From: Podarcis erhardii
Taxonomy: Eukaryota
DNA length: 64,000 bases
Assembly (NCBI GenBank): GCA_964252035.1
Contig: OZ176209.1
Strand: one strand, 5' to 3'
Positions 50,991 to 64,000 of the stretch are shown piece after piece. The translations under genes were made by a program, and so were the position numbers. The notes under the pieces were generated by a model. The model was not told the origin of the DNA, did not search any database, and saw only the letters and a program-made list of their open reading frames with translations. Within the stretch, counting starts at the first letter, position 1. Each line of letters begins with the position of its first letter.

Positions 50991-51504
50991 ACTTAACAAT
51001 AACATGATACTCTAAGTCAAAAGAATTCAACTGCTCAAACAGAGCTCAGAACCCTCAATTAACTTAACATGGATGTCATAAGACTTAAGTACAGTAGAAG
51101 CTCCCTTCCAGTCACCATCTAGTCTGGTTGTCTGTGGAAGATGATGGTATGACTAGTCCTCACTATGCTTATCATATTTTAGAGTTTCGTTCCTGAAAGC
51201 TGGTTGGTAGTCTAGCACTATGAGCTACTAAGGACACCTGCCCTACTGTGAACACACACTGTATTGTAAGGCTTTGCCAAGTTCTTTGTAATTTTGTCTC
51301 AGAGACACCTGCAAGCGGTAGTCTCTCTGGTCTGTGCAAATATATTTACTCTTGCAACTGAAGAGTACCCGTTTGCAAAAGTAGGTCAGTTCTTGTTTTT
51401 TTTAGGCTTGTTAAGTTAAGTTGGTGCCGGAACAAGAGTGGGTCAGATTTATATTTGCCAGCTACCCTTTTCACTCAAGTAATTAGTTTCAGAATTGATT
51501 TTCA

Positions 51505-51610
51505 AAGAATCATAGAGTTGGAAAGGGACCCCAAGGGTCATTGAGTCCAAGCCTCTGCAATGCAGGAATCTCAGCTTAAGCATCCATGACAGATGGTCAT
51601 CCAACCTCTG
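51505..51610 (-). mobile_element. CR1 extreme 3' end
   Basis: agaatcatagagttggaaagggaccccaagggtcattgagtccaa...catccatgacagatggtcatccaacctctg is nearly the same as 10550-10640. Confidence 0.88.
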
Positions 51611-52201
51611 TCATTATTTGTTCAGACCATTAGTTGTGTCATTGGTTTCAGTTATACCATAAATTAAACTAATGAACTAGTTTGCAAGTGGCTGGGAGCT
51701 TGTTCTGTATCATTTAGGGAGCAATCCAAATTACTTTGGAGGCAGTAAGTCCTGTTGGATGCAGTGGAACTTACCATACTTTTGAGTAAACAAGCATGGG
51801 ACTGTTGTCTTTTATTTGTTTTCCTTGCTCTGCTTGATCTCTTGTCTGCTAGCATTTCATTTTTGTTTTCTATTTTTCAACTGCTGTGAAAGAATAAATT
51901 GAAAAGCAATATTATAAATGATAGCAGCAAAGGGCCTCTAAATGTGGCACTAGAAGACTGTACTGTGCCATTTCCCCTTTCCTGTGAAAGACTTTCTATA
52001 GGATTATAAGAACAATATGGCCCAGTTCATACATGCAAAACTGGCTGGTGTTTTTTTTTTCCCTTTCTCTTCATAGTTCTTCTCTTGTATATCATCTTGT
52101 AGAAAATCCTCAATGTGAACAGAGCTATACACAGAACTTGAAGTCTGTGGTAGCAGTAGCTGCAGAAAGTACTTTTGTGATTGAGGATATTACAGCAGGC
52201 A

Positions 52202-53579
52202 TTTTTTAAAAAATATTTTTTATTAGTTTTCAGTTAGTCCAGTAATAACAACACCAATTTATAATACAGTTATTAATAGCAATCATTCAAATACTGAATT
52301 ATATAATTCAGATAAAGCAGCCCCCACGTGCTAGATTTGATGGTTTGATGATTTTCTTTATTTCTACATTCAAAAATCTTATTAGTTTCAATTACCGGTA
52401 CATTCCAGTTGTAATAATAATCCCTTATCCAACAAGTGCAATATTAATAACTTCTGTTTGCGTTGACACATCAAATGATTTATGAAACTGCAAGTGTGGA
52501 ACTTAAACAATATCCTTGTTCTTCCTGTGTGTGGCAATTATTCTGTCCGTGGTGTTTCTTCCTGTTCTTGTAAGATGTTATGTCTTTCTTTCCCCCTGAT
52601 TCTTGCAGTTATCTGTCATGCCTTGGCCAAAGCTGATATCCCATTGTTCCAGAAATTTCTCCATCACTCCATCCCGTGCTTCATTGTTTTTGCACTGAGA
52701 ACTTTAACAAATGTAAAAGTTGCTCTGTCCCAGTAAATAAACTGTTGTCACCATTTTTCCTCTCAGCCTGGGAAGAAGAGTGGTTTGTCTAACTGCAGAT
52801 AACTCAATAAAGAACCTTATCAGTCCCTTGGCAGTTCAGACTCTTTTCATCCTTCCTTCCAGCTGAAGATATATTATACTTCCAATTAAATTAAATTCCA
52901 AGTTCTTTTAGCGTTATTCAGTTTACTTTGTAAATAATAAAGGATGGGGAAGAGTCGGCTCTGTTTCCATCGTAAACCTTTTGCAAAATAGAGCTTTCCT
53001 CACTTTCCCCCCTTTTTACACATGCAGTTCCGTTTGATGTTATATTCCATATTTATAATCCAATTTCTTCCATCCTCGCTTGTACAAATATAATTTGAAC
53101 TAACATTCACAGAAGGGTTGCTGAATCATAAATGTAGAGAAGAAAACTTTATATAAAGAAACCGAAGGCTCCCCCCCATGTCTTTTGCACCAAATGAAGT
53201 CTTATCTCAAGTTCAAACCTTAAAATTCTTGCAGTTGGTTTTGTTCCATATTTTGTGATCTCATCTCTTCTAGCATGCGCCTGTACTTTGGTCCAATTAA
53301 GCTCTAATTAATAAGAAAACTTCTGCTTCTTAATGGCGGCGTTGGAAGGTTTCAGGCAGGTGAAGTGCTTTTGCACTCAGCGCCTCCGTGCTCACCCACA
53401 TTCCATGCCAGAATGAGAACCAGCTACTAAGATGAACTGCAAGTGAAGCCCATCCCCCCCTTCCCTGGGGGGAATTTGCAAGGGTGAATACCCTCAATCA
53501 TCCTTGTTTTTCCTTCGCCAATGATCTCCTGCTGTCATGGGGGTTGCCTCCATTAAGGCAGAGAGGAACCGGAAGCCTC
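52202..53579 (-). mobile_element. Short (1.38 kb) non-autonomous L1-like retroelement
   Basis: 10-bp TSD acagcaggca (52192-52201, 53580-53589); minus-strand 5' end gaggcttccgg; aataaa and A-rich tail at 52202-52225; ITARIRGKE resembles an L1 ORF2 C-terminus. Confidence 0.72.
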
Positions 53580-54579
53580 ACAGCAGGCAATAGTCATTTA
53601 ATAGTCCACTTCCCATTGAGGTTTCTCTAAGAAATGCCTTGTGGAGGAAACTTTATACATTGAGATAGCGATGTGGAGTTTGGGTGGTGTTCAACTAATT
53701 AGACCAATTGAAATTGATGGACTTTACTCATCTTCATTGATTTCAGTAAGTAAAACATAGTCGAATATCACCCTTTGTCTTGCGTATGTATCAGAGGAAA
53801 GATATACATTTGGGGGGAAACCATGGAAATTACAGTGAATCAGATTGGAATCTCTGCATGGCACTGACTTGAGGGAAAGGGTAGAATCAAGAGTTTTATT
53901 CCCAAGAGAATACACACAGAACTTAGCACTTTTTTGGCAGCAAATTGTGAAGGTTTTGGAAGTGGGCAATCAGGTTACTAGTTCCCCTCCAAGAAGTGGC
54001 CCACCTTTATGGCAGCTAGATTTATTTTAAGAAATGTCTGTGCCAACTGTATGTGGCCAAACTCTTAATAGCATCAAAGAAAATCTATTCAGGTCTGGGA
54101 AACAAATGGCAGTGGAGAAACACTCCCTTATTTCATTGTTGCATTTTATTTGCTCTGTGACAGAGACTCCTGTTGCATCACTTGGCTGTGCCTTGGACAA
54201 TCTTTCCTTGATAGCATAGTTTTATGTACAAGTTGTCCTTTCCCCCCACAAAGCCCAAGCCAAACATGCAGGGAGCCGTTATAATGCCTGCCACACACCT
54301 GTACACCAAATAGCCATCAGCTTTGATGATTATCATGACAATGCTGGTTCGGTCATGGATCAGGGCTACGTGACAATAGGGTCCTGCGCAAACATGCAAC
54401 AAAAAGGCACATCTATTCCCCGTGTGTACAGTTAGAAAGTGGGTGAACTCAGGCAGACAGGCTGGGCAAACACTATATGATGGCGATATCTGAGAACAGC
54501 AGCTACATCACTTTGGGTAGAAAATGAGCAAAGAGCAAACCAGGAGGTAAATGCCTACTATTTTATTCATTATTTAATT

Positions 54580-55062
54580 TTATTTATTAAATTTTATTTA
54601 TATACCACCCTATATCTGGGGCTCTCAGGGCGGTTCACAGAAAAAAAAAATCACAAAATACATAATAAAAACAAAAACAAAACAATAGCCCCCCCCCAAA
54701 AAAACCCACATTTTAAAAGGGCATATGATCAACCAAAGGCCTGTTTAAAAAGGAACTTTTTTGACTGGCGCCTAAAGGTAGTTAATGAAGGCACCAGGCA
54801 AACCTCCCTGGGGAGAGCATTCCACAGATGGGAGCCACTGCAGAGAAGGCCAGTTCTCGTGTTGCCACCCTCCAAACCTCTCAAGGAGGTGGCACACGAA
54901 GGAGGGCCTTAGAAGATGATCTCAGGGACTGGATAGGTTCATATGGAAAGAGGCGGTCCTTGAGATATTTCAGTCCTGAGCCATTTAAGGCTTTATAGGT
55001 CAAAACCAGCACTTTGAATTGGGCCCGGAAACTAAATGGTAGCCAGTTCAGTCAGACCAGGA
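54580..55062 (-). mobile_element. L2 LINE 3' end
   Basis: Minus-strand LNWLPFSFRAQFKVLVLTYKALNGSGLKYLKDRLFPYEP (L2 ORF2 C-terminus) plus the L2 tail. Confidence 0.93.
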
Positions 55063-56198
55063 TTACTATTAGATGTACTTTTAGGAGTACTATTAGACAT
55101 AGCCCCCATCTGCACTTTACATTTAAAGAAATATCATACCACTTTAAGCAGTTATGGTTTCCCCGCCACCTGAAAAAAATGGGGATCAGAATTGCCACAA
55201 TTTTAGATTGCAATCCATAAAACTGTTACTTGGGAGCAAGCCTAACTGGGCACAGTGGAACTTAGCTTCCGAGTAAATATGCATGGTCTTGCAGCTTATT
55301 CTGCAAAAGAGTCAGGCACAGAAAGTAACAAGGACAACCAGGGTGAGAGAAACATTTCACTTCTGTGTTCATTAAAATTTGGTAACTCTAAACTCATAAA
55401 TGAAATTTAGTACATAGTAGTAAATAAAAGGGCATAAATGGAACACTAAAAATGAAAACAGCAGCCTATTCACACTGATGGAGAATAGACAGCTGAATCT
55501 AAATATTTATAATTCAACATGGCTAGCAACCAAAGGCACACGTATTAGTCTGGTTATAACAAACACATCCCTGTAGGCCGTATTCAATGGGAAACTGCTT
55601 TCTTAAATCCGCTCCCACTCTGCATAAATTTTCACTGCATTGTTCTAGAGTTAATATAGGTTCACATGTCTTCAGCTACATCTTCCTTTTCTGTAACCCG
55701 AGATATATAAAACACTGTATTTCAATATTTCATTAATTGATACATTCCCTCAGAGTCTGTCTGCTTCACTGAAGCAGATGAAAGAAAATTGACTTTCAGC
55801 CCCAGTCCTATAGGGAGAGGCGAAAATGTTCTAATTTTTATGCAGGGCTAGGAAGTCAGCTTTGCAGTATTGTTTGTTGTTCCCTATCTTGCTCCATTAT
55901 CATTTATTCTTTCTGTGCACTCAGTCTACATTTTGAAAGTTGCTGCTTTAGGGAGGGCATGTGCTATGCTTGCTTAGGTCTTTTAATTTCAGTTTTTTTT
56001 TTTAAAAAAATTGTCTCTTTCCCCTTGCAATGCTTTTCCTTCTCCCCCCTTATTACTTCTCTTTATTTCCCATTCCTTCATTTCCATTCTGACTTCTTTC
56101 GTGTTCTGGGGAGCTAAACAGACTACACTGCGTCTAAAGCTGAGGTGTTATTAGAGATGTTTGTGTTGTAGAAATATCCAGTGCCATGCCTCTTAAAT

Positions 56199-57009
56199 TA
56201 TGGTTACCAGACATCCCCATTTCCCAGGGATAGTCCCCGGATTTACAAATCTGTCCCTGGACAAAATCCGTCCCCAGAATGTCCCTGGATTTCATTTAAT
56301 GTTCCCGGATATATATTTTAAGTGTTGTAGATTTATTAGTAGGGAATGAATGTTGCATGACTGGTTCAACAGCACAAGACACATCATATGGGGACTTCTG
56401 GTGAGGCAAAATGGTGGGCGCCACAGCAACGAGCAGCTCCTGAAGCCAGTCAGAGCCAACTGTGCTACCAGGCTGGCTCCGGGCTGTTGAGACTGCCGCT
56501 GCCACCACCACCGCCACTGCCAAGGGGGAACTGGGGATGCCCAGTGCGTCAACTGGGGGAACCGCTGACCCCCGCGACCCAAATCGAGTCGGGAGCAAGA
56601 GCGCCCAGCCACCGGGCCAATTGCCCAGCGGCGCTCTGGGGCCAAGAAAACCCTGGAGCCAACGCAGGGAGGAGGAGAAGGAATAGAGAGAAAGAGGAAG
56701 GAGAAAAAAGAGGGGAGCCCCAACCTTGCCGTGCCACTGCCAGTGCTGAGGAGGAGAGGTAGGAGAGCACCAGGAGGGCAAGGACACGTGGCCGAGCCCA
56801 GGCCTGACCTGAGCCTACTCCACGGTGGCTAGTGCTCCAAAAGAGCAGGCCAGGGCCCATAGAAAGGTCGTGCAACAGAGGAGACAACGGAAGAGAAGAT
56901 ATTAGTTCTTTTTTAAAAAAAACTTTTAAAAAGAACTTTCTTTTCTCTTTTCAAAAAAAAAAAAAAAAAAAGTGTCCCCGGATTCTTTGCAAAAAATCTG
57001 GAAACCTTA
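56199..57009. mobile_element. hAT-type non-autonomous element (811 bp) with GC/CpG-rich interior
   Basis: TIRs tatggttaccaga / tctggaaacctta; perfect TSD tcttaaat (56191-56198, 57010-57017); subterminal gtccc repeats shared with 43558-43660. Confidence 0.9.
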
Positions 57010-58599
57010 TCTTAAATGGATGCCAGCGTGGGGCTTAGGGTCAGCATGATGTTAATCACATCGATGCAACTGATACATATTTTACAAAAAGCTCCTACTG
57101 GTGCCAATGGATCCTTCCTCTGAAAGGCAAATAGCATCTTCAGAGATGCATGTCTTTGTTGGGGCATGAAAGGGGAGAGAGTTCAACTCCCCTCTTTCAC
57201 ACCAACCACCCCAACTTCTGCTCAGGCTTCCTAGCGGTCGCTGGGATTGCATTCAAGTAATTGCTATCTAGCCTCCTTGGGCTGCTGCTGCATTACTCAT
57301 CAAAGACCTACCAGGCAGCTGCTTTGCCAGATGTTCCATCTGCCACATGACAAGAGCTTTTTAAAAAGCAGGCATCGTGTGGTTTCTGCTGGATTGTGTT
57401 GTCCTTGATGGTGATGCTGAAGAAGCTTCATGCACTTCTTTGTCCGAGCTGTTTAGTACTTAACTGGAAGTGCAGGAACAAATATTTCCAAATGAAAAGG
57501 AACAAACTCTGTGGCCTCTTTTGACTGGAGAAGCTGGGTATAATAAAAACAAACAATCCACATCAATGTGTCCCACATCAATCAGTGTGGATTGGCTGTT
57601 GTGGGAAGTGTGGATGCGCACTAACTTAGCGCAATGCATTGTGGAGGGGGAGGGGGTTTCTCCCAGTGGAGAAGAGTCTCTTAACTCTAATGTGCTTTTC
57701 TTTATTTGTTCTCATCCAAACTCATTTCAGAGATTCCCACAAGCCATTTTGTAAGTCTCAGTTATTTCTCCTTGGGTCCTCAAGTTAGCCATGTGAACAC
57801 ATGCACGATTACTTCTGCTTAAGGGCTTGGTTTTCCTTAACATTAATGGGCTGAACCTGATGTAATTATACTGACTTCGACCCAAAGGCCTTGACCTTAT
57901 TAAGTCTGCGACTTATGAGAAAAACGGCTTAACTGAAATGGCCATTTATTGGAATTCCCTTCTGAAGACATGGAGTTTTTATTCATAGAACGGAGGCTGC
58001 TGCAGCTGAGTCATTCTATATTTTGTTTTCCCTAGCCAGCTCCAGAACTCTGGAAACTGGTCAAAAGCAAAAAACAAAAAAGCCAGACGCAGACAGTACA
58101 TCTTATGTCGACAAACTTATTCAGCACTAAAATTAAATGTGGGACAAAGAATCTACTACTACTACTACTACTACTACTAATAATAATAATAATACCCCAC
58201 CCATCTGGCAGGGTTATGCCAGCCACTCTTTGCAGCTTTCAACAGATATAAAAGCATAATAAGTCATCAAACATTTAGCATCCCTTTAGTGGCTTCTCAC
58301 TCATGATGCTGAGGCTTTCTCTGTGATGGATGAGTTTCCATGCCTAAAAATAGTAAGGTGCTGTTTTTAGGGCTTTCATCCAGTTAATAAACATTAGTTT
58401 GTCACATGAAGTATAGTTGATTAATCAGTTTAGTCCTTCCGCTACACTTTTCCTCTGTGCCCCTTCTCTTTCACCACTAAACACACCAAACAATAATGAT
58501 GATAATAATAATAATAAATAATTTTTATTATTTATACCCTGCCCATCTGGCTGGCTTTCCCTGTGTATACTGCCATCAGCGTAGGTACACCATGTTGAT

Positions 58600-58829
58600 C
58601 AATGCTTTCTTTCTAAAAAAATGTTTAGGGGCACTCTCATTCTGTCTGAGACTCCGGAAACACCCTGACAGGAAATGTGGCCGCCATTGGAGGTAGCAAT
58701 GGAAGGGACGATTCACTGTGCTAGAGAAGAAACTAAAAATGTTTTTAAAATTTAGTTACTTCTCCTATTAGATTCAGAAAATGCTTAGGGGTATGCGTAC
58801 CCCTGCATACCCCCAGAAAAAAAGCACTG
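58600..58829. mobile_element. hAT-type MITE, longer variant of the 2369/48731 family
   Basis: Perfect TSD atgttgat; same termini but a different central segment. Confidence 0.88.
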
Positions 58830-60268
58830 ATGTTGATTATATATACAATAACTAAAAGCTTAATTTAAACAACAACACCACCACCACCATCCTATTTGTA
58901 ACTAGACTTTTAGGAAGCAAGTTCCCTGCTCACAACAGCTATATATTAAAAAAAATATTTGACAACCAGTATAAATCATATTGTAAACATATGGTTATTC
59001 ATCTTGTTTGTGCTTTGTTAGATGAAGAAGAAAATGCAGAAATGAATTTGGGTGCCTATCAGGGCAATCCTGTCTACAGACCCAAGGGAATGCCAGTTGT
59101 TCATAGTTCCAGAATGGGTCACATTTTGGATATTCCACCTCTGTATCCTGTGTGCTTTCTTTATTAAGAAGCAACCCCCTGAACAGATGGTGATGATTAT
59201 CACATGACTAATAAATGTGTTTATTTTAATTATAATGCTTGGTGTCTTGGAAAACTTGAAATGCAGATTGGGCAAAACAGAGCAACTGTTCCAAGCCAGG
59301 ATATGATTACAAGTGTGGGAGTTGTAATGCACATGCGCTAGAGTACCGCAGCCCACGAGAGTATTTGTGTTCATTTGGATGGAGGGAATGCTCCCTTTGT
59401 GAATCAGGACAAGTCTATGAATGCAGTTGTATGAATGGCACCAAGCATTATGCACGCAGGCAAACAAAGTGTCCTCCCACATGGAATTTCCAAAGCCCCC
59501 AAATGCATATCTTCGTTAGAGTCCTCTATGGACAATTTAAGTTATGTATGTAAACTTGCAACCATATCCTTACCATACTCCATGACAGCCCGGCTAGGGA
59601 TTTCATGGTTAGTTATGGAAGTTCAATATATGACCAGAAAAGGCACTGTGTGGAGACTTTGCCCACTTACTATAATATGGAAAGCATTTCTTATTAATGC
59701 ATCCTCATACAGTCAGGTTTATATTTAATCCTTATGGTACTGCAAGTGTTTCTCAGTTATGGCAGCTGTGCTGTGCCCTCCCCCCTACCTCATTCCAAGG
59801 TTTATTTTTTGCCAGAAATTAACAGGGCTCACCCACAGCATCTGTTTTCAGTGCTAGGGCTTAACTTTGGAGTATATAAAACAATAACTGATAAAATTTC
59901 TCCTGAACTGGTTCAAAGTGGAGGAGAGGGTTTGGAGCACGTACAGAAAGTTGGTCTATAATCTTAAGAATGATCAAATCCTGCTTTTCTTCAGATCAAA
60001 GAAACAAATTATACAACTTTAATTAGAATGAAAATACAATTTTTAAAATAAGCAGACTATCCACACCTTAAGGACTTGGGGAAGAGCTGCCAGATCAGAT
60101 TGTGTTGCCTTCAGACAGACTTGAACAGAGAGTCATCAGACATTTCTTTTCTTAAAACTTAAGCATTTCCTGTCCCTCACGGACAACTCTTCTGACATTG
60201 GTGGTAGTCGCTCTGTATTTATAAGACGAAACTTAGGTTTCGATCATTCTTGTGGAAGAAAGGAAGTA

Positions 60269-60491
60269 CAGTGGTACCTCAGTTTAAGAACAGTCCGGTT
60301 TAAGAACAATTTGGTTTATGAATTCCGCAAAACCGGAAATAGTGTCTTGGTTTGAGAACTTTACCTCGGTCTAAGAGCGGAATCCAGAGGTGGGAGGCCT
60401 CATTAGGGAAAGCAAGCCTCAGTTTAAGAACAGTTTTGGTTTAAGAACAGACTTTCGGAACAGATTAAGTTTGTTAACTGAGGTACCACTG
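60269..60491. mobile_element. Tigger-like MITE
   Basis: TIRs cagtggtacctcagtt / aactgaggtaccactg; TA TSD. Confidence 0.92.
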
Positions 60492-61112
60492 TACACAGTT
60501 CTGGAGAGTATATACATACAAAATTTAAAATACCCCGGCAGTCTCATTCCCCCAAAGCAGATGGCAGCAGTGCAGTAATGATCAGTTTTTGGCCTTGAGT
60601 ACGTTTAAACTTCAATATCCAAGAATGTGCTTTCTGGGTTTCTGTCGGTGGGTGGCAGGTTGTATATCTGTTCCATCTTATCTTTGTTCTCTGTGTGGTT
60701 CTGTACCTTGTCAAGTTCCTCACCCTAAGATGTGATATTGGATCTTGCTCTTGCCATAGGCTTTGAAGATACTGACATTTCCTCCTCGGTACTATGTTCT
60801 CTCCAAGGAAACTCAATTTTTGCGCTTTAGTTATCACAAGGAATAGGGAATCTGTAGTTCTCCAGATGTTATTGGACTACAACTCCCGTGATCCCTAACT
60901 ACAGCCCGGGCTCTTACAGCATGTCTTAGGTGGTTGAAATTGCAAGTCTGGGAGGCATTTAATTGAGAGGAGTCCTGGTTTAATTTCTAAAACTGATAAG
61001 CAACCAGGGTCTGCTTCCTTTCTCATCCTAGCACAGCTGTGAACCCACCCCATGGAGCAAGTGGTTTGCATTCTGTCTCTCTTTGCTCCAGTCTCAAGGG
61101 CTGAAAGAAACT

Positions 61113-61517
61113 TAGACCCTCCAAGTGTCCCTATTTTCCAGAGACAGTCCTGGATCTACAGAAGCCGTCCTGGTTTCTGATTTGATCCTGGAATGTCCTG
61201 CTTTTCCTTAGGACGGCCCTATTTTCATTGGAGAAATATTGCAGGATGTCCCTGTTTTCAACAGTGAAATGTTGGAGGGTATGGAGTTATGTGCTCCCTG
61301 AGCCAAGGAGATAAGTAACTATATAATCTTCAGAAGACATTAGAAGGCAGCTCTGTATAGGGAAGTTTCTTTAATGTTTCGTTTTATTATGTTTTTATAT
61401 ATGTTGGAAGCCATATCTGGCAATCCAGTCAGATGGGTTGGGTACAAATAATAAAATAATCATCATTATTATTGAATAAGATGTCTCTATTTTCATCAGA
61501 GAAATGTTGGAGGGTTT
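61113..61517. mobile_element. TIR element (accctccaa...ttggagggt) enclosing an L2 3' tail
   Basis: Inverted ends; gtccc repeats; right end present twice (about 61247-61281 and 61481-61515), bracketing an L2 tail at about 61315-61460. Confidence 0.65.
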
Positions 61518-62186
61518 GAAGTGTAAAACTAATTCTACTAAACAAGTTACTTCTTTGACCATCTTGTTATTAGGCTGAAAATGAAGAAAATACCAGAAGA
61601 GTGTCTGTCTCCTAAAGCTAGAATACAATTTAGATTAGTTCAGTGGAAAGGATTGTCTTTGCTATAACAAAATAGCCTGAATGCTAGTTTAAAATACATA
61701 ACCAAGCGGCTTGTTCTTCTTGCTCTAATGATTGATTTTATGAGGCGGCTACATACCTGAGTGTGTTCTACTTATTGAGAGTGAGAATGTGCCGTCCCTG
61801 AGCTGGTACAGTTGGGGTATTTTTATTACAATTGATTTTTATCCATTTTCCTTGCTGCTGCTGCTTCTCCTTCGGTTTAAGTGACTCCAAAGCTTCATAG
61901 GGGTAAAAAAGACAGTGATATGTACTCATATCAAGCGACAAAATGATTTCCAGTTTACCTGAGCTGAGGGCCTGTTTCACTGTCACAGAAATTAAGAATA
62001 GCTTAAAGTAGTATATTGCAGTTTTAAAAAGTATTCCTGCAGACCACCTTCATAAGTCATTGTAGGGACATTATTCCTAAGCAATGTACCAATACAGTGT
62101 TTGGGACCAGAATATATCTTCAAAATTTTCCAGAAAACCCACATAATTGAAACTAGCACTATTGACTTTTTGGTGATATTTTAATT

Positions 62187-62521
62187 GGGGGACGCGGGTG
62201 GCGCTGTGGGTTAAACCACAGAGCCTAGGGCTTGCCGATCAGAAGGTCAGCGGTTCGAATCCCCGCAATGGGGTGAGCTCCCATTGCTCGGTCCCTGCTC
62301 CTGCCCACCTAGCAGTTCGAAAGCATGTCAAAGTGCTGGCGGGAAGGTTAACGGCGTTTCTGTGATCTGCTCTGGTTTGCCAGAAACGGCTTAGTCATGC
62401 TGGCCACATGACCCGGAAGCTGTATGCCGGCTCCCTCAGCCAATAAAGCGAGATGAGCGCCGCAACCCCAGAGTCGGTCATGACTGGACCTAATGGTCAG
62501 GGGTCCCTTTACCTTTACCTT
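62187..62521 (+). mobile_element. Sauria SINE, young, with an internal deletion
   Basis: Head ggggacgcgggtggcgctgtgg, ggttcgaatcc B-box, acctttacctt tail; lacks the aagtagataaataggtacc segment. Confidence 0.95.
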
Positions 62522-62565
62522 ACAAGTGCAATCAGGGAAAACCCCAGTATATTGCCTTCTTTGTA

Positions 62566-62815
62566 CAGTGGTACCTCGGTTTAAGAACAGCCCTGTTTAT
62601 GAACTATTCGGTTTACGAACTCTGCAAAACCAGAAGTAGTGTCCCAGTTTGCAAAATTTACCTTGGTCAAAGAACGGAAGCCAAACGGTGGAAGGGCACT
62701 GGCGTGGAAGGACACTGGAGGCCTCATTAGGGAAAGTGCACCTCAGTTTAAGAACGGTTTCAGTTTAAGAATGGACTTCCGGAGCGGATTAAGTTTGTAA
62801 ACCGAGGTACCACTG
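62566..62815. mobile_element. Tigger-like MITE
   Basis: TIRs cagtggtacctcggttta / taaaccgaggtaccactg; TA TSD; homologous to 60269-60491. Confidence 0.93.
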
Positions 62816-64000
62816 TATTATGATTTGCCAAGGACCCTGGAGTCCATGTGAAGGAAGATGGTCAAACATGAGATAGTTACAGTAATCTACAAGTTTCCCC
62901 CCACATTTATGCAAGGTTCAGTGATACCTGTGGTCCAATGAGCTTTGGCTTCCGCCAGCAAATTGCAGGAACCTGATCGTTCCCCATTAGCAGCATGCCT
63001 TACACCTAAAACTAAATGTAGTGTAAAATAATACTTGAAAAACAGTAAAATGTTAAAGAGGGCTTTTGTGATTGAATCCTTTATGATGGTTTTAATGCTT
63101 TCTTATATGATCTCTTAACACTGCTGTGGTGTTCCGTTTACAATAAGCAGACACCTGATTATGAGACCCACCCAATTGTCAGAGATTTGATATAAACCTC
63201 TAATCTTAATCCCAGTATGCATATCCCACACTCTTATTGGAATACTTGAGCCTGACATGTAAATCACAGGAAGATTAAGAGGGCAATCCTATTCATGCCT
63301 ATTCAGACAGGATGTTAAACCTCTTGGATTAATAGGGCTTATTCCCAGGTAAATGTGTATAGGGTTGTAGCCTTGGAGTCCTTTCAGACTCCCATATGAA
63401 TGGGTTTGGAGCAGATATCAAGTTCTACCAAAACACTTTTTTGCTGGTACTGTATTTAAGTATCTTCTCTTATCAAGGTTGACATTTACTAGCAATAATA
63501 ATAATTTGGGAACCACGCTTGCATTCCCTGTTTTCAGGGAATGAATTTCTTAAATAACTTTAGCTTTAATGCAATTGGCAGATGGAAAATTGGAAGTCCT
63601 TTTTATTTTTCTTCTTTGTTTCTCTTTTCTTTTCACTCTTTCCTTTATTCTTTTTGCTTTTTCACTCCCCCCCCCTCTTCCTTTTCGTTTCGTTTTCTTC
63701 TTCAGTGTCATCTGCTCAGATCCTTTATTAGGATCCAAGGATTGTACACTCATGGGGGTGGTAGATGCTTGATGGAGGGACCCCGGGTGGGAGGCAGAGA
63801 AATCTTGGTCTCCCAAGGGTAAGAATCTGGGAGGAGAAAGGAAAGATCCCAGGTGAGAGCTTGGAAGGGGCTTCTGCCTTCTGTGGGTGGTAAGAGTTAA
63901 GAACTACTTTTAAGAGAGGACTCCATACTCTAGTTTTGTATATTAGTTTTCTACATCTTATTGTGTCATGAAAAAACTTTAATAAAAATGTCAATGAGAG

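Noticed and set aside
59018-59482. 154-aa minus ORF and a plus-strand exon-like start (ttag|ATGAAGAAG)
   Set aside because: No recognisable protein; the plus frame stops near 59164 and there is no clear donor
63706-63818. Exon after a long pyrimidine tract
   Set aside because: Lies in low-complexity, probably L1-derived sequence; likely cryptic
149-63994. Most ORFs in the six-frame track as genes
   Set aside because: Short, overlapping, often with non-ATG starts, and located in repeats or low-complexity DNA; only transposon-derived peptides are recognisable

Overview
Vertebrate (squamate, probably lacertid lizard) genomic DNA with no protein-coding gene I can recognise. It looks like a large intron or an intergenic region. 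The squamate call rests on six Sauria SINEs; the lacertid call is my recollection of the MITE/SINE mix and is unverified. The ORF track is noise except for transposon fragments (CR1, L2 and L1 ORF2 pieces and a hAT transposase C-terminus). The window is dense with mobile elements: Sauria SINEs, tRNA-derived and CORE-like SINEs, CR1/L2/L1 fragments, Penelope ends with hammerhead-like motifs, solo LTRs, at least 10 hAT-type elements with 8-bp TSDs and 5 Tc1/mariner-type MITEs with TA TSDs. I cannot support a new multi-gene system. The most interesting structures are: (1) a hAT element whose end was copied in inverted orientation in situ, creating a new TIR pair (5450-6036); (2) two 1.2-1.4 kb ORF-less L1-like elements with both ends and TSDs, one starting with a consensus CTCF core next to a YY1 site (39731-40897, 52202-53579); (3) a three-level nest of L2, hAT MITE and solo LTR with intact TSDs (25640-26510); (4) Penelope-borne minimal hammerhead ribozyme relics (24131-24170, 50845-50880); (5) a perfect 21-bp hairpin and several unverified exon-like segments. 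All coordinates were read by eye; family names come from motif recognition, not database searches.
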